A stretch of DNA of 62,205 nucleotides, counting the filler, from Piptocephalis cylindrospora (Eukaryota), in NCBI GenBank assembly GCA_003614145.1. It is 25 parts of 25 records of this genome, joined end to end, with 100 filler letters (N's around TTAATTAATTAA, not from the genome) between each part and the next. Parts side by side here need not be neighbours in the genome. Positions count along the whole stretch, not along the records: positions 44,985 to 47,380 come from KZ988975.1; positions 47,481 to 49,875 come from KZ988976.1; positions 49,976 to 52,368 come from KZ988977.1; positions 52,469 to 54,750 come from KZ988978.1; positions 54,851 to 57,240 come from KZ988979.1; positions 57,341 to 59,723 come from KZ988980.1; 19 more parts are not named here. The stretch is one strand, 5' to 3'. The position numbers and the translations under genes were made by a program. The notes under the pieces are model-generated. The model was not told the origin of the DNA and did not search any database. It worked only from the letters and a program-made list of their open reading frames with translations. The first letter of the stretch is position 1, and the number at the start of each line of letters is the position of its first letter. Below, one piece after another: positions 44,985 to 58,140 of this stretch.

Positions 44985-45912
44985 GAGATGGAAGAGGAGG
45001 GTAAGGTAGCTTCTGAGCAGAAGGATCAAGATGAATCGGATGAAGAGGCCCCGGAGGAGGCATCCTTCAAGAGTAGTCGGACTAGGGCTCTAGAAAGGGT
45101 CAAGGCCGCTCAAATGGCCGCTGAGGCCCAAGCCGCTCTAGATCGGCAAAGAAGAAAGGAGGCCGAGGATGCTAGGAAAGAGGCGCAAAAGGAGAAGAAG
45201 CTACGGATCGAGGCTCAGCTTTCCACCGAGGCTGCCCCTGTGGTCGGCGGCCTTCCTCTTAGTATCCTGAAGGAGGTTGAAGAGGAGGAGAAGGAAGTCA
45301 AGGAGGCCATTGGCTCCACTGGGTAAGTCTTTTTTTTGAATGTAGAGTGGACTAATCCATAATTAAATCCACTCATCCCTCTCTCTTCCTTACACGCGCA
45401 CCTATAGCAAACCTCTCGCTGGAATAAAGCGTATTTTTGATCAAGATGAAGGGACCAGAACCGAAGAGAAGAAGAAGAAGAAGAAGAAGCATGTGATGAG
45501 TAAGGAGGAGGCCAGGTTAAAGGCCTCAAGGAAAGCAGCGTAAGTTCATGAGGGAGCGTATACTATTGTGCTTTCTTGATCGATGGGACGTGTGGATCAG
45601 ATCTTCTAAAGCCCCTTTCCTCCTCTCTTTCTTCTACAGTGGTATCCAAGTGGTGGAAATGCAAAGTTCAGGCTCTCAAGGATCAGGAGTGTCCAAGAAG
45701 GTCAAGAAATTCCAAAAGAATCACCTTTATGGCAAACGTCTTGCCCGACAACAGGGTAAGTCATGGCGGGGAGAGTGGAAAGGGGCCTTGATTATCTCTT
45801 CATTCCCATGCTCTATTTGCTCACTCTTCCCTTTCCAGGCGTTAATGCCCTGTCTAGTGCAAACGGGTATCGGTTTGGGAGCCCCTCTACCTCTTTTGTT
45901 CGCCGATCATAG
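44985..45912 (+). CDS. 3' exons of the NOL7/Bud21-like gene: 44985-45322, 45408-45539, 45640-45755, 45839-45912
   Basis: Identical to 6763-7461 and then continues. The spliced end is KKFQKNHLYGKRLARQQGVNALSSANGYRFGSPSTSFVRRS*. Confidence 0.7.
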
Positions 45913-46079
45913 CTCACCTAATAAATGGGCTTTTGTGGCGCATACATCCCGAGAAGTGCAAGGGTGAAGAGAGTCTTACAAGGGTATTTTGGTTTGTTTT
46001 TCCATCCTTAAAGTCATACAATGATACGTATCCGGAAAGATGGTGTTTTATTGGCAAGTGATCATTTATTTCAATCGTT

Positions 46080-46961
46080 CTAAGCAGTCTTTGCCTTTTT
46101 CTTTTCTACCTTGTGGGCCTTTGATTTATTGGTCTTGCCTTTGGGGGTTTCAGCCTTGGGTTCTTCAGCCTTGGGCTCTTCGGCCTTGGACTTTTCGCCC
46201 TTGGGCTTTCCAGTTTTTCCCGCTCCCTCCTGGCCTTTCTCTGCCTTGCCCGCATCAAGCTTGGCCTTGGCGTCCTCCTTTTCCTATGATGGGTACAATA
46301 AAAAGATGTGTAAGGATGGATGGTCTTCCCTCTCCTGCCCTGCCCTGCACTTTGAGAGTATCCTACCTTGGCTTTACGAGCCTCCCGGGAAGCACGCTTT
46401 CGTGCATTCTTCGCTTTAAGTTTCTCCACTTGTTCCGGGGTTCTTTGTTGTTTCCGATGCGATCGCTCTCTCTTGAGATGCTCCTGAAGTGTGGTGGGGA
46501 TGGGTAAGGAAGAGAAGCCAACAGCGACTAATGGCATGACTAGTACTTACCTTGCTCTTCAAATGGATTTCGACAGCCAGGGTCGTTCGTAGCCGCTTCT
46601 TTGGACAAAGATGGCAAGTAAACTCTTCCTCCTCGGTCGCTTCCAAAACATCTTCGTCTTCTGCCTGATCTGAACCAGCTTCTAGGTTATCGTCGTCGTC
46701 GTCGTCGTCGTCCTCCTCCTCCTCTTCCTCTTCTTCCTCTTCCTCTTCCTCCTCTTCCTCGCTATCATCATCTCCGCTATCCTCCTCAGAGGAGGAAAGG
46801 TCTGCTAGTGTTTGAGGGTCCTCACCCTGTCGTCGTGCCTTGCGCTTCTGTCCCGCACGACCTCCTTTTGTAGTCACTTTGGGCTCCTCCTCCCCCTGGT
46901 CAAGGAAGCTCTTGCCCTCAATAGCACTGCGTAGTAGTTCAGACCGGGCACGTTTGAACAT
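46080..46961 (-). CDS. Acidic/basic protein with a single C2H2 (matrin/U1-like spacing) zinc finger. Exons 46961-46551, 46483-46367 and 46283-46080.
   Basis: Long E/D tract, then FTCHLCPKKRLRTTLAVEIHLKSK|EH, then a Lys-rich tail. Both introns are phase-0 GT-AG. Confidence 0.75.
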
Positions 46962-47066
46962 GATGATATGGAAGGATGTGATGATAGTTTAAGAAAACAA
47001 AGTCCAAGTAGGGAAGGGCCAATGCTTGATATGCTTCATTGTGGCTTCATTACTGATCAGTCCGCT

Positions 47067-47380
47067 TGACCGGGCGGAAGAAAAAAAAAGAATAAAAGTT
47101 ACTCCTTTGGCCTCATCTCAGCTGTGCATTAACAATATTGACCATGTCACACGTCCAATTTTATACCCATTTTTCCCATTTCGAGATCATATTTTATTCA
47201 GCGTTTGGCTTTGGGTAATGTGTCATGACCTCTACGACCTAGGCAAGCTCAGATCTAATACTAGCATCGTGCCCCTCCCTCTCCCCCCGCTTATACAGGG
47301 CATATCAACAAGGCCAGCAGCACATCTGAGATGAGGCCAAAGGAGTAACTTTTATTCTTTTTTTTTCTTCCGCCCGGTCA
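47067..47380. repeat. 55-bp inverted repeat at the contig end (47067-47121 vs 47326-47380)
   Basis: Reverse-complement arms, with the same 55-bp length as those at 22511 and 32573. Confidence 0.9.
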
Positions 47381-49448
47381 NNNNNNNNNNNNNNNNNNNN
47401 NNNNNNNNNNNNNNNNNNNNNNNNTTAATTAATTAANNNNNNNNNNNNNNNNNNNNNNNNNNNNNNNNNNNNNNNNNNNNGGGGGTGCCGGGGGGGATGG
47501 GGGGGGGGGGGTGTGGGGGGAGGGGGGGGGGGGGGGAGTGGGGGGGGCGGGGGGGGGGGGGGGGGGGGGTGAAGGAGGCGTAGACTCACTCTTTGAGGCG
47601 CATGATCTATAGAAACGGCCTCTTCCTCATGACTGGGGCCTTTGCTGCGTTGGAGGGGACTCCTGGTCAGTCAACCGGTGTGGGAGGGGGGGAGGGATAA
47701 GCCATCCCAGACTCAATTGAAAGCCCCTTGATGTAGGCATGGTTGGATACGGGATTGCCAAGGCGGCAGTGCACCAACTGACCCAGTCCCTGCAAGCCCC
47801 GGGAAGCGGTCTGCCTGATGGGACGACCGTCACTACGATCTTACCGTAAGGAGGATGGGTGGGGTGTGTGTGGGAAGATTCAAAAGACTCATCCACCGTG
47901 TCCTCGTGCAGCACGACGTTGGATACCCCGGGGAACAGGGCAGGGATGCCCCAGGCCGACACGACCGGCTGGACCCCCCTTGACGTGGTTGCTGATCAGG
48001 TGATGGGATGGGTCAAGACGCCTCAGGGTAGGATGGGGGGGCTGGTCCGGGTGGAGACGGTGGATTCGACCAAGGGAGCGCAGGGTACCCATTTTACCTC
48101 GGTGTAGGGTCATCCAAGGAGAGGGGGAATTCCTTTTAGGGATGAAATAAAAAAGAAGGGTTCAGAGATGTCTTTTTGATGTCGTTCGATGATGGGGGGT
48201 GAAGGGTGCGTCCCCCTCCCCACATCCCATTCCTTTCCCCAGACACCGCAGACACACACACCACATCCCATCCCTTATGCATGACATGCATATCAAAGGC
48301 GCGCAATGGACAGGAAAGGGACTGGTATGGGAGGTGAAGGGCGCATGATGGGATGTAGGGTGTGAGGCAAGGCTGCAAAGGATGGATCAGAATCTTTTTT
48401 TAGAATGGAGGATGAACGAGCGATTCCCTCGTACTTTATATAGCGTGGAGGGGGAGGAGTGTGCTGTGTGATAGGAGGACCGAGGGGACAAGTCCATTGT
48501 GGCAACAACAAGGCACAGTCAATCCAGCACATTCTGCGCTAAGCACCCGGCTGATTGGGCCAGACGGCTGGAATGGAACCCATGGGACGATTGGTCCTCT
48601 TGGCCAGGTAGTGATGGGATATTGGGTATGCAAGGAAGAGAAGCAGTATTCATCCTCCAAGACGTGAAAGGTGCATCTCCCTAGGGCGGTGGAGCAGCTC
48701 CTTGCCTCTGACCCTGGTCGGCCATCCCAGCAAGAAGGACCGCACACCTAGCAGTGGCAGGTAGGGCTAAGTGCAGAAAACCCCGCTACAGCACTACAAC
48801 TTCTCCCTCCGCTCATCTAAAAAACCCTGAAGCGTGTCGGAGTCTGGGTGTGTGGGAGGAATGGGCTGTGTGAGTGGCCAGGTAGGGGAGCGGAGTGAAT
48901 GTGGGGAGGGGCTGCCAGGGTCCCCCGATCTCCCTCTCCGCCAATGCTCCATGTCCATCATCATCCCCTCCTCTTGCCCCCGACCCCCTTCCGTGTCCCC
49001 CACACCACCAGTCCCTGATCTTTCCCTCACTCCCCCCTTTTTTCCATACCTTGGGAAGGGTGGGGGCGGAGATATCCCCTACCTTCTTTCCCTCTCTCTT
49101 CCTCAAGTCTGCTGAAGGGCGGTCCTGTCTGTGTATGTCAACCAATGTAGGTGAATGCTGTAGAAGGGGGAGTCTCCAACTGGTCCTTCCCCATGGACCC
49201 TCCCGCCTTGGCTCTTCCCTTCAGTATGGAGCACGCTGTGCTGTGCTGCTGGTCCATCTCTCTCCCCTTCATCCCCGACACACACACACACACACCCAGG
49301 GAGACACACACATACACACCTATACACCTACCTGCCTACATACATACATGCCTACATACACCAGCACACTCCATCCCCCTCTCCGTCCCTCCTTGTTCTC
49401 TCCTCCTCGATGGCATATCCTTAAACCTCCGCTCCTCCCCAGCTAGCC

Positions 49449-49875
49449 CCCATTCAGCCTTCCTTCCCCTTTCTCTTCCTTTCCTCAGACTCACCTATTT
49501 TCATCGCCCCTTCCTCCCCCGATCCTCTCTTCTCATCCCTCCCCCACCCCTTGTCCTTGTGCCTTGTCCCCTTTCTGTTTGGCCACTCCTCCTCCCCACT
49601 CCACGACTCTCGATTCATTCATACTGAGAGCGAGTGGACTTGGTGGCCTCCCCCCTCCTCCTCCCTCCTCCTCCTCTTCTTCCTCCTCCTCCCCCCTTCC
49701 TTTTCCCTTCTTCCCTCCCCCTCACTAGCCCTCCTCGCTAGACCTTTCTCCTCCCCTTCCCTCACAAGGACAAGGGGTGGGGGAGGGATGAGAAGAGAGG
49801 ATCGGGGGGGGAAGGGGGGATGAAAATAGGGGAGTCTGAGGAAAGGAAGAGAAAGGGGAAGGAAGGCTGAGTGGG
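49449..49875. repeat. 113-bp imperfect inverted repeat at the contig end (49449-49561 vs 49763-49875)
   Basis: Reverse-complement arms with a few mismatches toward G in the terminal arm. Confidence 0.85.
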
Positions 49876-51346
49876 NNNNNNNNNNNNNNNNNNNNNNNNN
49901 NNNNNNNNNNNNNNNNNNNTTAATTAATTAANNNNNNNNNNNNNNNNNNNNNNNNNNNNNNNNNNNNNNNNNNNNGGAAAATAAAACGGGTTTACGGTCC
50001 AGAGTGGACGTGGAAAGAGCCATTCACGATGGTTTTGACATTGAGGGACATTTGCCATGCAGTGTAAAGGCAAAGAAGGAGAGGATGGGGTAGAGGGAGA
50101 GGATGATACTTATTGATATCTCTAGGGAGGTTTCAAGGAATTGGCCTCTCAATAGGAACATGAATGTGAATGTGAGTGATGAATGAACCTATGGAAAGCC
50201 CCTTGCTTTGGCCTACCCATCCTCCATATCTCCTGCTCATTGAGAAGGTAGGAGGATGAATGTCTATCCTGCTGATCTATGAAACCATATCTCCCGGGGC
50301 TCGCCGATCACTGCTCATCCCGACCCTCCCACGCCTCAGGGATGTAAAACGGAGAGCATAGTGCCTATATATTTTTATCTACAAAAGGCTGAGTGACTCA
50401 ATCTGAATGCGCCCACACACAGGCCGGGAAGAAGGTTCGTGGGAGAGCGGGGCACAATGCTTAGAGAGAGACCAGATGACCTGGAAGACACGTACGTGAC
50501 CAACAGCAGCATACAAAGACTGATCCACACGCGCACCAGTCATTGTATTCAGGGGGATCTGAAAGGAGAAAGGTGTAGATGTGCATGCGACCCTACCTGG
50601 CTTCTCCTTTGGCCCAGTAAGCCCGTCGTTTCCACCTTGGAGATGGCTCATTCAAGGTCATGATGAGGCGGAGCATTGCCATGAGACGACGGCACAGCAT
50701 TGCCATGAGACGAGTAGATGCTTCCATAGGGTACGGGGATATTGCCATGAGAGAACTTAGCATTCACGCTACATCAACAAGGATGATCTATTATCCTTCC
50801 ATATCCGTGTGATAAGCCGTCGGAGGGACCTATCGCTTCGGAAAGTCATTGTCCATCCACGAGGTAGACATGTTCGGGTCTCCTCCCGCTCCGCCTCATT
50901 CATGTATCCCCCTTATCTCCCTCGCCATCCTCATCGTCCTCGTCCGTCACATTGCAAAGACATGGACGTACTCGGGATATCATTGGAATGCCTTCCCTGC
51001 ACCGTCCCTCCCTGGACATTTGCATGCGCTGTGAGCTCGTCAGGCCCTGAAGCGCATCTATACACTACAGCTCGTCTGCTCTCTCCCTCTCCATCTCCTA
51101 CGGTATGTGCGTCCTCAGCCCCTCACATGACAGCTCAGAGTCTCCATCCTTCCCCTCCCGGTCAATGTATATAAATGCACTGAGGGTCTTTATATCAAGT
51201 AGAAAGACACCATATTCCCTTCCCCCTCCCCCCATGCATTATCTCTCGCTCTCTTCCTCTTCGGACCTTGCTCCTCATCCATCTTCTCCCCGCGAGGACG
51301 GAACATAGCTATCGAAACCCACCTGAGTGACCCGTTGTTGCCCAAA

Positions 51347-52368
51347 ATGGCCTCCCGTCGTCGGGTCCTGGCCCACACCATCCTTCAGACCCTCACTACC
51401 TTGGAGGAAGGGATGCACCGTCTGGGTCGGGCTAATGGCTGGGGGGACGTGAGTGATAGTGGGGCCTCAGCCTCCTCTACCCCCTCCTCCACCTCCACCG
51501 AGGTCCATCCCCAGGATCTAGGGATATCCCCCCCTCGTCGATCACATCCTAGATCTCGGGAAAACGAATTGGAGAGCATCATCCAATTGGCCAAGCAGGT
51601 CCGAGCCCTCATTGCCAAGGATGAGGAGGAAAGGACGGTTGAGGTGAGCATGATCCATGGACAATGTGTCCTTTTGTCTCACATTCCAAGTATACTCATC
51701 CTCTCCTCGTCCCATACCCATAGGAATATCTCATGTCCACAGGACTGGATAAATTACTGCCCAAGGCAAGTATGTTCCTCGAAACCAACGATGATTACTA
51801 CATGTCCTCGGCCTCCTCCTCCTCCCGTACCTCCTCCTTTCCCTCATCCCACTCGGCCTTAATCCGGTCCCATGACACCATCCTACATCACTTTGAGTGG
51901 ATGGGCCTGGTCAATCGAGTGGTCCAGGTGGCCTTGCAGCTCCGAGGGGACTTGAGTTTGCTCTCTGAGGCCACCCCTTATGTTGCACACCAGCTGGCCC
52001 TTCTCTATGTAAGATCCCTCATTCCTATTCCATCCAGGTCTCCCCTCATCCCCATCTTCTTCTTCTTCTCTCCCCTATAGCAATGCCTGATCATGGCTGG
52101 GCCTGAATGTGCTGGCTACCGTGCAAGCGTGGAAGAGATCTTTCCTACGGTGAAAAAGGCCTGTCTGTCCTCCACCCCTGTACCCAAGTTATCCAAGGAC
52201 CTGCGGACCAGGTAAGCCATTGGCTCAGGGTGGGAGAGGGAGAAGAGAGAGACAGGGGAAAATGGACATGGGCTGATCATCTCCCCCTCGTACAGGCTTC
52301 TTCAACTCCTCTCGGAGATAATCAAGGATCTTTTGTACAATGGACGTGCTTTTAGGGGCACCAAGCGC
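51347..52368 (+). CDS. Hypothetical helical protein, 3'-truncated. Exons 51347-51643, 51724-52008, 52081-52211 and 52296-52368.
   Basis: Three GT-AG introns join four open frames; includes QLRGDL...YVAHQLALLY|QCL. Confidence 0.75.
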
Positions 52369-52468
52369 NNNNNNNNNNNNNNNNNNNNNNNNNNNNNNNN
52401 NNNNNNNNNNNNTTAATTAATTAANNNNNNNNNNNNNNNNNNNNNNNNNNNNNNNNNNNNNNNNNNNN

Positions 52469-53110
52469 TGCTTCCCCTCTCCTTGGGCTCAGATGGGGCC
52501 AAGGTGGAGGAGAGGATGAGCGGGCTGGAGAAAGCCATACAGGTCTCAGAGTCTGAGGGTGTAACCAAAAGCGATGCTCAACTGGGTCACTTTGTCCTCC
52601 ACCTTGCTCGGTCCTTAATGGGGCTTTCCCCTGGTACTGAGGATGATTTTATCTCTACCGTACGCGCGATGCTCAAGGAAGCCTCGGCCTGGAGGGCTCC
52701 CACGGGGGCTACCAGCACCTTTATCCCCTGCCCTGTATTGCAAGAAGCATGTGCTTGGCGGATGCAGTTGGTGGTGCTGCAGTCCCTTCGTGGGATGCTT
52801 GATGCCCGCCTTTCCTCTCTTCCTGGTCATGGAGAAGACCTCAAGGCCAAGATGGTAAGTCATGGATAGAGTTCTCACCAGGAAAGGTGGAGTGTGTAGA
52901 ATGGATCACTCACCCTTGAAATCCTCCATACTTTCTCTTTTATAGGTCAAGGGTGCTGTTGATTCCGTAGTGGCGTCAGCTACATCGAGTCTCTCGGCTC
53001 ATCATCGTCGTCTCACCGCCCTGTGCACTTCCTTGGCGCATTCTAAAGAGTCGGGGGATCGGATGATTGTACGGGCTGGGGGGGATCTTGAGGCCGTGAT
53101 TTCAGCCTAG
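52469..53110 (+). CDS. 3' end of an unidentified gene. Exons 52469-52854 and 52946-53110.
   Basis: Open frame to a GTAAGT donor, an ACTCAC branch and TAG acceptor, then an open last exon. Confidence 0.55.
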
Positions 53111-53391
53111 GACCAACATGCTGGGACTCTTGGGTGTGATATGAGAAGGGGGGCTTGTTTGGCTCTGAACAATACGATTGAGAGAACCGCCCATAATCTC
53201 AGTCTTTGTGTCTCATCCTATTCTTCATCCCGCATGACTGGTCTTCTTGAACTCAATGAATGCAAAAAAGATTGCATTACAAGGACAGTAGGTGGAGGAG
53301 GTGGATTGATATGGTGTACTTTCCCCCTCCTTTCCTCTCTCTCTTTCTCTCTCTCTCGCCCTCTCTTTCATTCCTCCTCAGCAAACACACG

Positions 53392-54293
53392 TTAGTTGGA
53401 CCGAGTGGCCTCGTAATCATAGTAAAGAGGCCCAACGTCGGAATTGCCCAAAAAGTGCCAGCCATCTTCTTGGACATGGTAGACATTGATGGAGCCTCCG
53501 GACATGGCATCCCGGTGGGTGGCGTGGAAGATGGCGCGCTTACCGAGCTCGGCAGCCTCAGCATCCTCCAAGTCCCAGGAGTAGCCAGAGTCGAGGACAC
53601 CGTAGGCAAAGGTGGCACCTGACCCGACGCAGAAGAGGTTACCCTTGGTGCGGGTTCCCTCACTATCAACATAGTAGAGAGCTGGGCCCGTCTTGTCCCA
53701 CCCGGTGATCATGACTCCCATGGATAGACCCATGCCTTTGTAACCATACACGGTATTGGAGAGGACTTTGCTGGCGGCAGCCACGGAAATGCGCTCCTTG
53801 TTGCGCAGTTCATACATGCGGCAGTGCTGACCGAGTTTCCGTTCCCAGAACTGGCAATCAGCCGCTCCTCCTGCCAAGGTACCCAGAAGGTAAGGGTTGA
53901 TCTCAATGACCTTCTTCACAGTCTGAGAAGCAATGAAGGATCCAGCGGTGGCGCGAGAATCCACAGCCACGATCACACCTCCCTTGTAGCGGAAGGCCAG
54001 GGTGGTTGTACCGTGACGAAGTTTGATAGGGGCCTCCTTGGAGTGGGATCTAGAGGAGGAGTCGACGTTGGCTTTTAGAAAGTCCAAGGGCTAAATGGGA
54101 CAGAAGCTGGGTGAGTGGGGATTGATGGGGGGGGTGGGGGCTGACAAAGACCTACCTGGTCACACGAGGCTAGATCAAAGGAGGGAATTGAGGCTGTGAG
54201 CTGGGCATCCAGCATGTCTGGGGTCAGATTATCCTGTTGGAAGGAAGCCTCAGGACCCGAGGTTTCCAGGTGCATTTGACGGAATGTATCCAT
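53392..54293 (-). CDS. PRE2: Proteasome beta5 subunit with propeptide. Exons 54293-54156 and 54090-53392.
   Basis: HG/TTTLAF cleavage site, [32 protein letters not shown] and [10 protein letters not shown]. Confidence 0.97.
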
Positions 54294-54850
54294 AATGATG
54301 GCAATGGGAGGGGGGGGAGGGGAGAGTGGGGGAGAGGAGGTGATAAGGGGATGGGGGAGAAGAGGGAGGACTCGCGGAGCTTGTGAGGCTAGGTCGCGGA
54401 TGACGCTACAGCCTAGTGTAGAGATGAGTCCTCCTCCCTCTCTCACTTATTGTTGCTCAGGTGAGGACACACATACTTTGCTACTTGACCTGACATGTTG
54501 CTGTGTCTTCTGGGAGGGGGGCTGAGCCAGCCAACATCCACTCCCTCTCACGGCTTGGACTATGGGCGTCAAAGTATATGTATATGTTATATGGTGTGTG
54601 TGTGTGTTTATATATATGCGTGCGCGTGTAGGCGGAGTGAGGACGTGGAAGGGAGGGTGATGGAGAGATGGGTGAGCGCTGGGCGTGTGTAGGATGCCCC
54701 TCACACGCAGCGGAGGAAGGGCGCGGAATGTTGAGGCGGGGAGGTGTACTNNNNNNNNNNNNNNNNNNNNNNNNNNNNNNNNNNNNNNNNNNNNTTAATT
54801 AATTAANNNNNNNNNNNNNNNNNNNNNNNNNNNNNNNNNNNNNNNNNNNN

Positions 54851-57118
54851 GCCGAGAGGAAGTATGGAGATATGGATAGAGGATACCCCCCCTTATGAAG
54901 ACGAAGCATACCGGTCCAGGTAAGTGCTACGCTGGTCTCATCTGGGCAGAGAGAAGGAGTAGGTCATGTCTCCCTTGACTCATCCCCTCCTTCAGAGAAC
55001 CACGTTCTCACTCCAGGAGCCATGGACCCCGTAGCTCCTCCCATCACTCTCGTGACTCCCGTGGCTCCTCCCACCATGAGGAATATCCGTCCGGCGATCC
55101 ACGCTATGACCCGAGGTATGAGGAGGAAGGGTCAGTGAGTTTTCTGGGGGAAAATGGGCAGAACTCTAGGACCTCCAGTACGCTGACGGTTGAGGAGCGG
55201 GGTGAAGGGAGGGAGGGGTCAAAGGAAGCGACGGCGTATGATGAGCAGGACAGATATCGGTCCTCCTCTCGCCATCGTCACTACCATGATCGACGATCCC
55301 ACTCCCGGAATGACCCCCGATCCCACCGTTATGATGAAGAGGATCGATACTCTGGTAGGTCGGGGAGGTATGAGGAGGAGGATAGGTATTCTGGCCGATC
55401 CTCACGATCGCGCCGACCTGATCATGAAGAAGATCGTCGGTCCCGCCGGTATGAACGAGAGCGAGAGCGGGATCGTTACCGTGGGCGAGATGAAAACCCT
55501 CACCGCCACCGTCATTCCCGTCGACCCAGTGCAAGCCCCCGTCGACACACTCGATCCTCTCGGTAAGCTTAGGTGACCTCTCTTCTCCATCCTACACGCC
55601 AACTCATACCTTACCCCATTCCCTCCTCAATAGACATGAGCATATCTCCAGGTCCCAGTCCCCATTGACAGATCCAAGTACCAGGGAGTTTCGGACGGTC
55701 TTTGTGATGCAGCTGGCGCAGAGACTAACCAATGAGGAACTTGGAGAATTTTTCACCCAGGCAGGCCGGGTCAAGGGAGCCAAGATTGTCATTGATAAGA
55801 TTACCCGTCGATCCAAGGGCGTGGCGTACGTGGAGTTTTACGAGCAAGAATCGGTGGCCAAGGCCCTAGAGCTTACAGACCAGAAACTCTTGGGAATTCC
55901 GGTGATTGTTCAGCCGAGCGAAGCGGAAAAGAATCGGCTGGCGGCGGAACAAGCAGCCATGGCCCGGACCTACGCGTCGGGCCGTGGGGTCGAAGCGACT
56001 GGGATGGGTCCTGGAGCCCCAGGCCCCCAGATGTTCAACCGAGTCTTCATCGGTGGGGTCCACTATAACCTCAGTGAGGATGACATTGAGTTGGTCTTCA
56101 AGCCTTTTGGCGATCTGACCGAAGTGCGGTTAGAACGGGATGATACGGGTCGCAGCAAGGGATATGGTTTCCTTCGGTACGAAAAGGCCGAAGATGCACG
56201 CACTGCCGTGGAACGGATGAATGGGTTTCAACTTGCTGGCCGCTCCATCAAGGTGAACCTAGTCACGGAACAAAGTTCCCTGCAGGATGGCACCGCCCTT
56301 CCCAAACCACCCTCCTTTGATCATGGCAAAGTAAACAGTCACACCAAGGTTGATAGTGAAGCTCGAGAGGCCCCTGGGTCTGCCCTAGATGATCACGGTA
56401 AGTTGAGAGTATCTCTGGAAAGTTGAGAGAAGAAGAAATGCGACATATACACCCTTTTCCCCCCCTCCCCCCTTCTCACACCATTATTCCTCCTTGTAGA
56501 GACGGCCGGGGTTCAAATGACGGCGAGATCAAGGATTGAACTGATGCAAAAGCTCTCCAGAACCCCAGGAACACACACGACCGGGGAGGATGGGGTCACT
56601 GACAATGTGAAGTTAGGTACGGGGACGACCCCTCATCCCTCCTCCTCCCTCTCCCGCCCCCCTATGCCACAGGTCTCTAGGTGCATGGTCCTACGACATA
56701 TGTTTTCGACTGAAGAGTAAGCTTTGTGGGGAGAGAAGGAGAAAGGGGGCACGTACTGATCCTCTTTCCCTAGTCAAAACGAACCACAATGGAACGTGGA
56801 GTTGGAACAAGACGTTCGAGAGGAAGCAGGAAAGTTTGGCGTTGTAGTTCATGCACACGTAGATGAAGATTCTAAGGTAAGTGCGGACCCTCCCCCACCC
56901 CTTTCCCATTAGTGCAAGCTTCCTTGCACCTTCTCCCAACTCACCCATCCTCCTCTCTACAGCAAGGAGAGGTATACATCAAGTTCTCCGGGGCGGACGG
57001 GGCCACAAATGCCATCAAGGCCCTGGATGGGAGATGGTTCGCGCAGAAGCGCATCGAGGCCATCCCCATTCCCGAGGTCATGTACCACACTCGCTTCCCC
57101 AAGTCAGCATCCTCCTAA
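54851..57118 (+). CDS. RBM39: RBM39/CAPER splicing factor (RS region, 2 RRMs, UHM), 5'-truncated. Exons 54851-54919, 54996-55562, 55634-56397, 56500-56716, 56774-56876 and 56963-57118.
   Basis: RTVFVMQLAQR, RSKGVAYVEF, QPSEAEKNR, GRSKGYGF, SRIELMQKL, ELEQDVREE.GKFG and ALDGRWFA. Confidence 0.92.
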
Positions 57119-57340
57119 CCCCTCTCTCGCCATCTCCTTTCCGTGGGTGAATGAAGGAGAAGAGGTAAGGTAAGAAATGGGTGAGAAGAGGAGAGGGCAG
57201 GGTTCTCTCTCTCCCCAGATCCATGATCATTTCTTTTTGANNNNNNNNNNNNNNNNNNNNNNNNNNNNNNNNNNNNNNNNNNNNTTAATTAATTAANNNN
57301 NNNNNNNNNNNNNNNNNNNNNNNNNNNNNNNNNNNNNNNN

Positions 57341-57420
57341 ACAACACAACACAACACAACACAACACAACACAACACAACACAACACAACACAACACAAC
57401 ACAACACAACACAACACAAC
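57341..57420 (+). repeat. (ACAAC)16 pentanucleotide microsatellite at the contig start
   Basis: Perfect tandem repeat. Confidence 0.97.
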
Positions 57421-58140
57421 GTAGCACAACATACGCAGCGAGAGAGAGAGAGAGAAGCGCACACAGCCAACATGGACGCATCAACAATGCTCACTCTCTG
57501 GTCTCCAAACATCTCCTTTCTCAGGGTGAAACGCCCCTCCGAGAGCCTGATAAGCCAAGTAGGGATAGAGGGGGAAGGGGGAGCGGGTGGGAGAGAGAGA
57601 GAGAATGCGGAATGGGGGAGGGAAAGGGGATGAGGCGGGAGGACATGATCTGTTCCATCCTGCCCCACTTTCACCATCACCTCCAGATATACCATTACCT
57701 CCCACTTGGGCTCATCCTGAAGAAAGCCTCATCACACACACCGTTCCACCTTTCCTTTTCCCTACTTGGTACCTCATCAAGACATCCTCTCTTCTTCCTT
57801 TTACCCTCCTCTTTTACCACCACCATCACCACCACCGTTGCCACCACCACCACCATCACCGCCTCATCTATCGAGCTCTTGTCCAATTCACTTGCCTCGA
57901 TCCCTCCTCATGTTGTCCCGACCCCATCGCCTCGTAGAAGTCCTACAGGGGAGGGGGGAGAGGGAGGGGCCAAAAGGAGGAAAGGCGTAGGATGACGATA
58001 TGGACGCCAGGAACCGCCCCCAAGCACATAGAAAGAGAGAGAGAGAGGGAGGGAGGGAGGGGTGGTGATGTGGGAGAGGAGGAGGAGGGGGAGGAGGGGA
58101 GAGGAGAGAAGGGAGGATGGAGTCACTCAGAGGGGCGCTT

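Noticed and set aside
47481..47570. G-quadruplex or telomere-like G tract
   Set aside because: It is an irregular poly-G smear at a contig end, typical of low-quality sequence.
57341..57420. (ACAAC)n as a telomere repeat
   Set aside because: It decays into ordinary sequence like the many (CA)n and (GA)n microsatellites that break contigs here, and only one instance is present.
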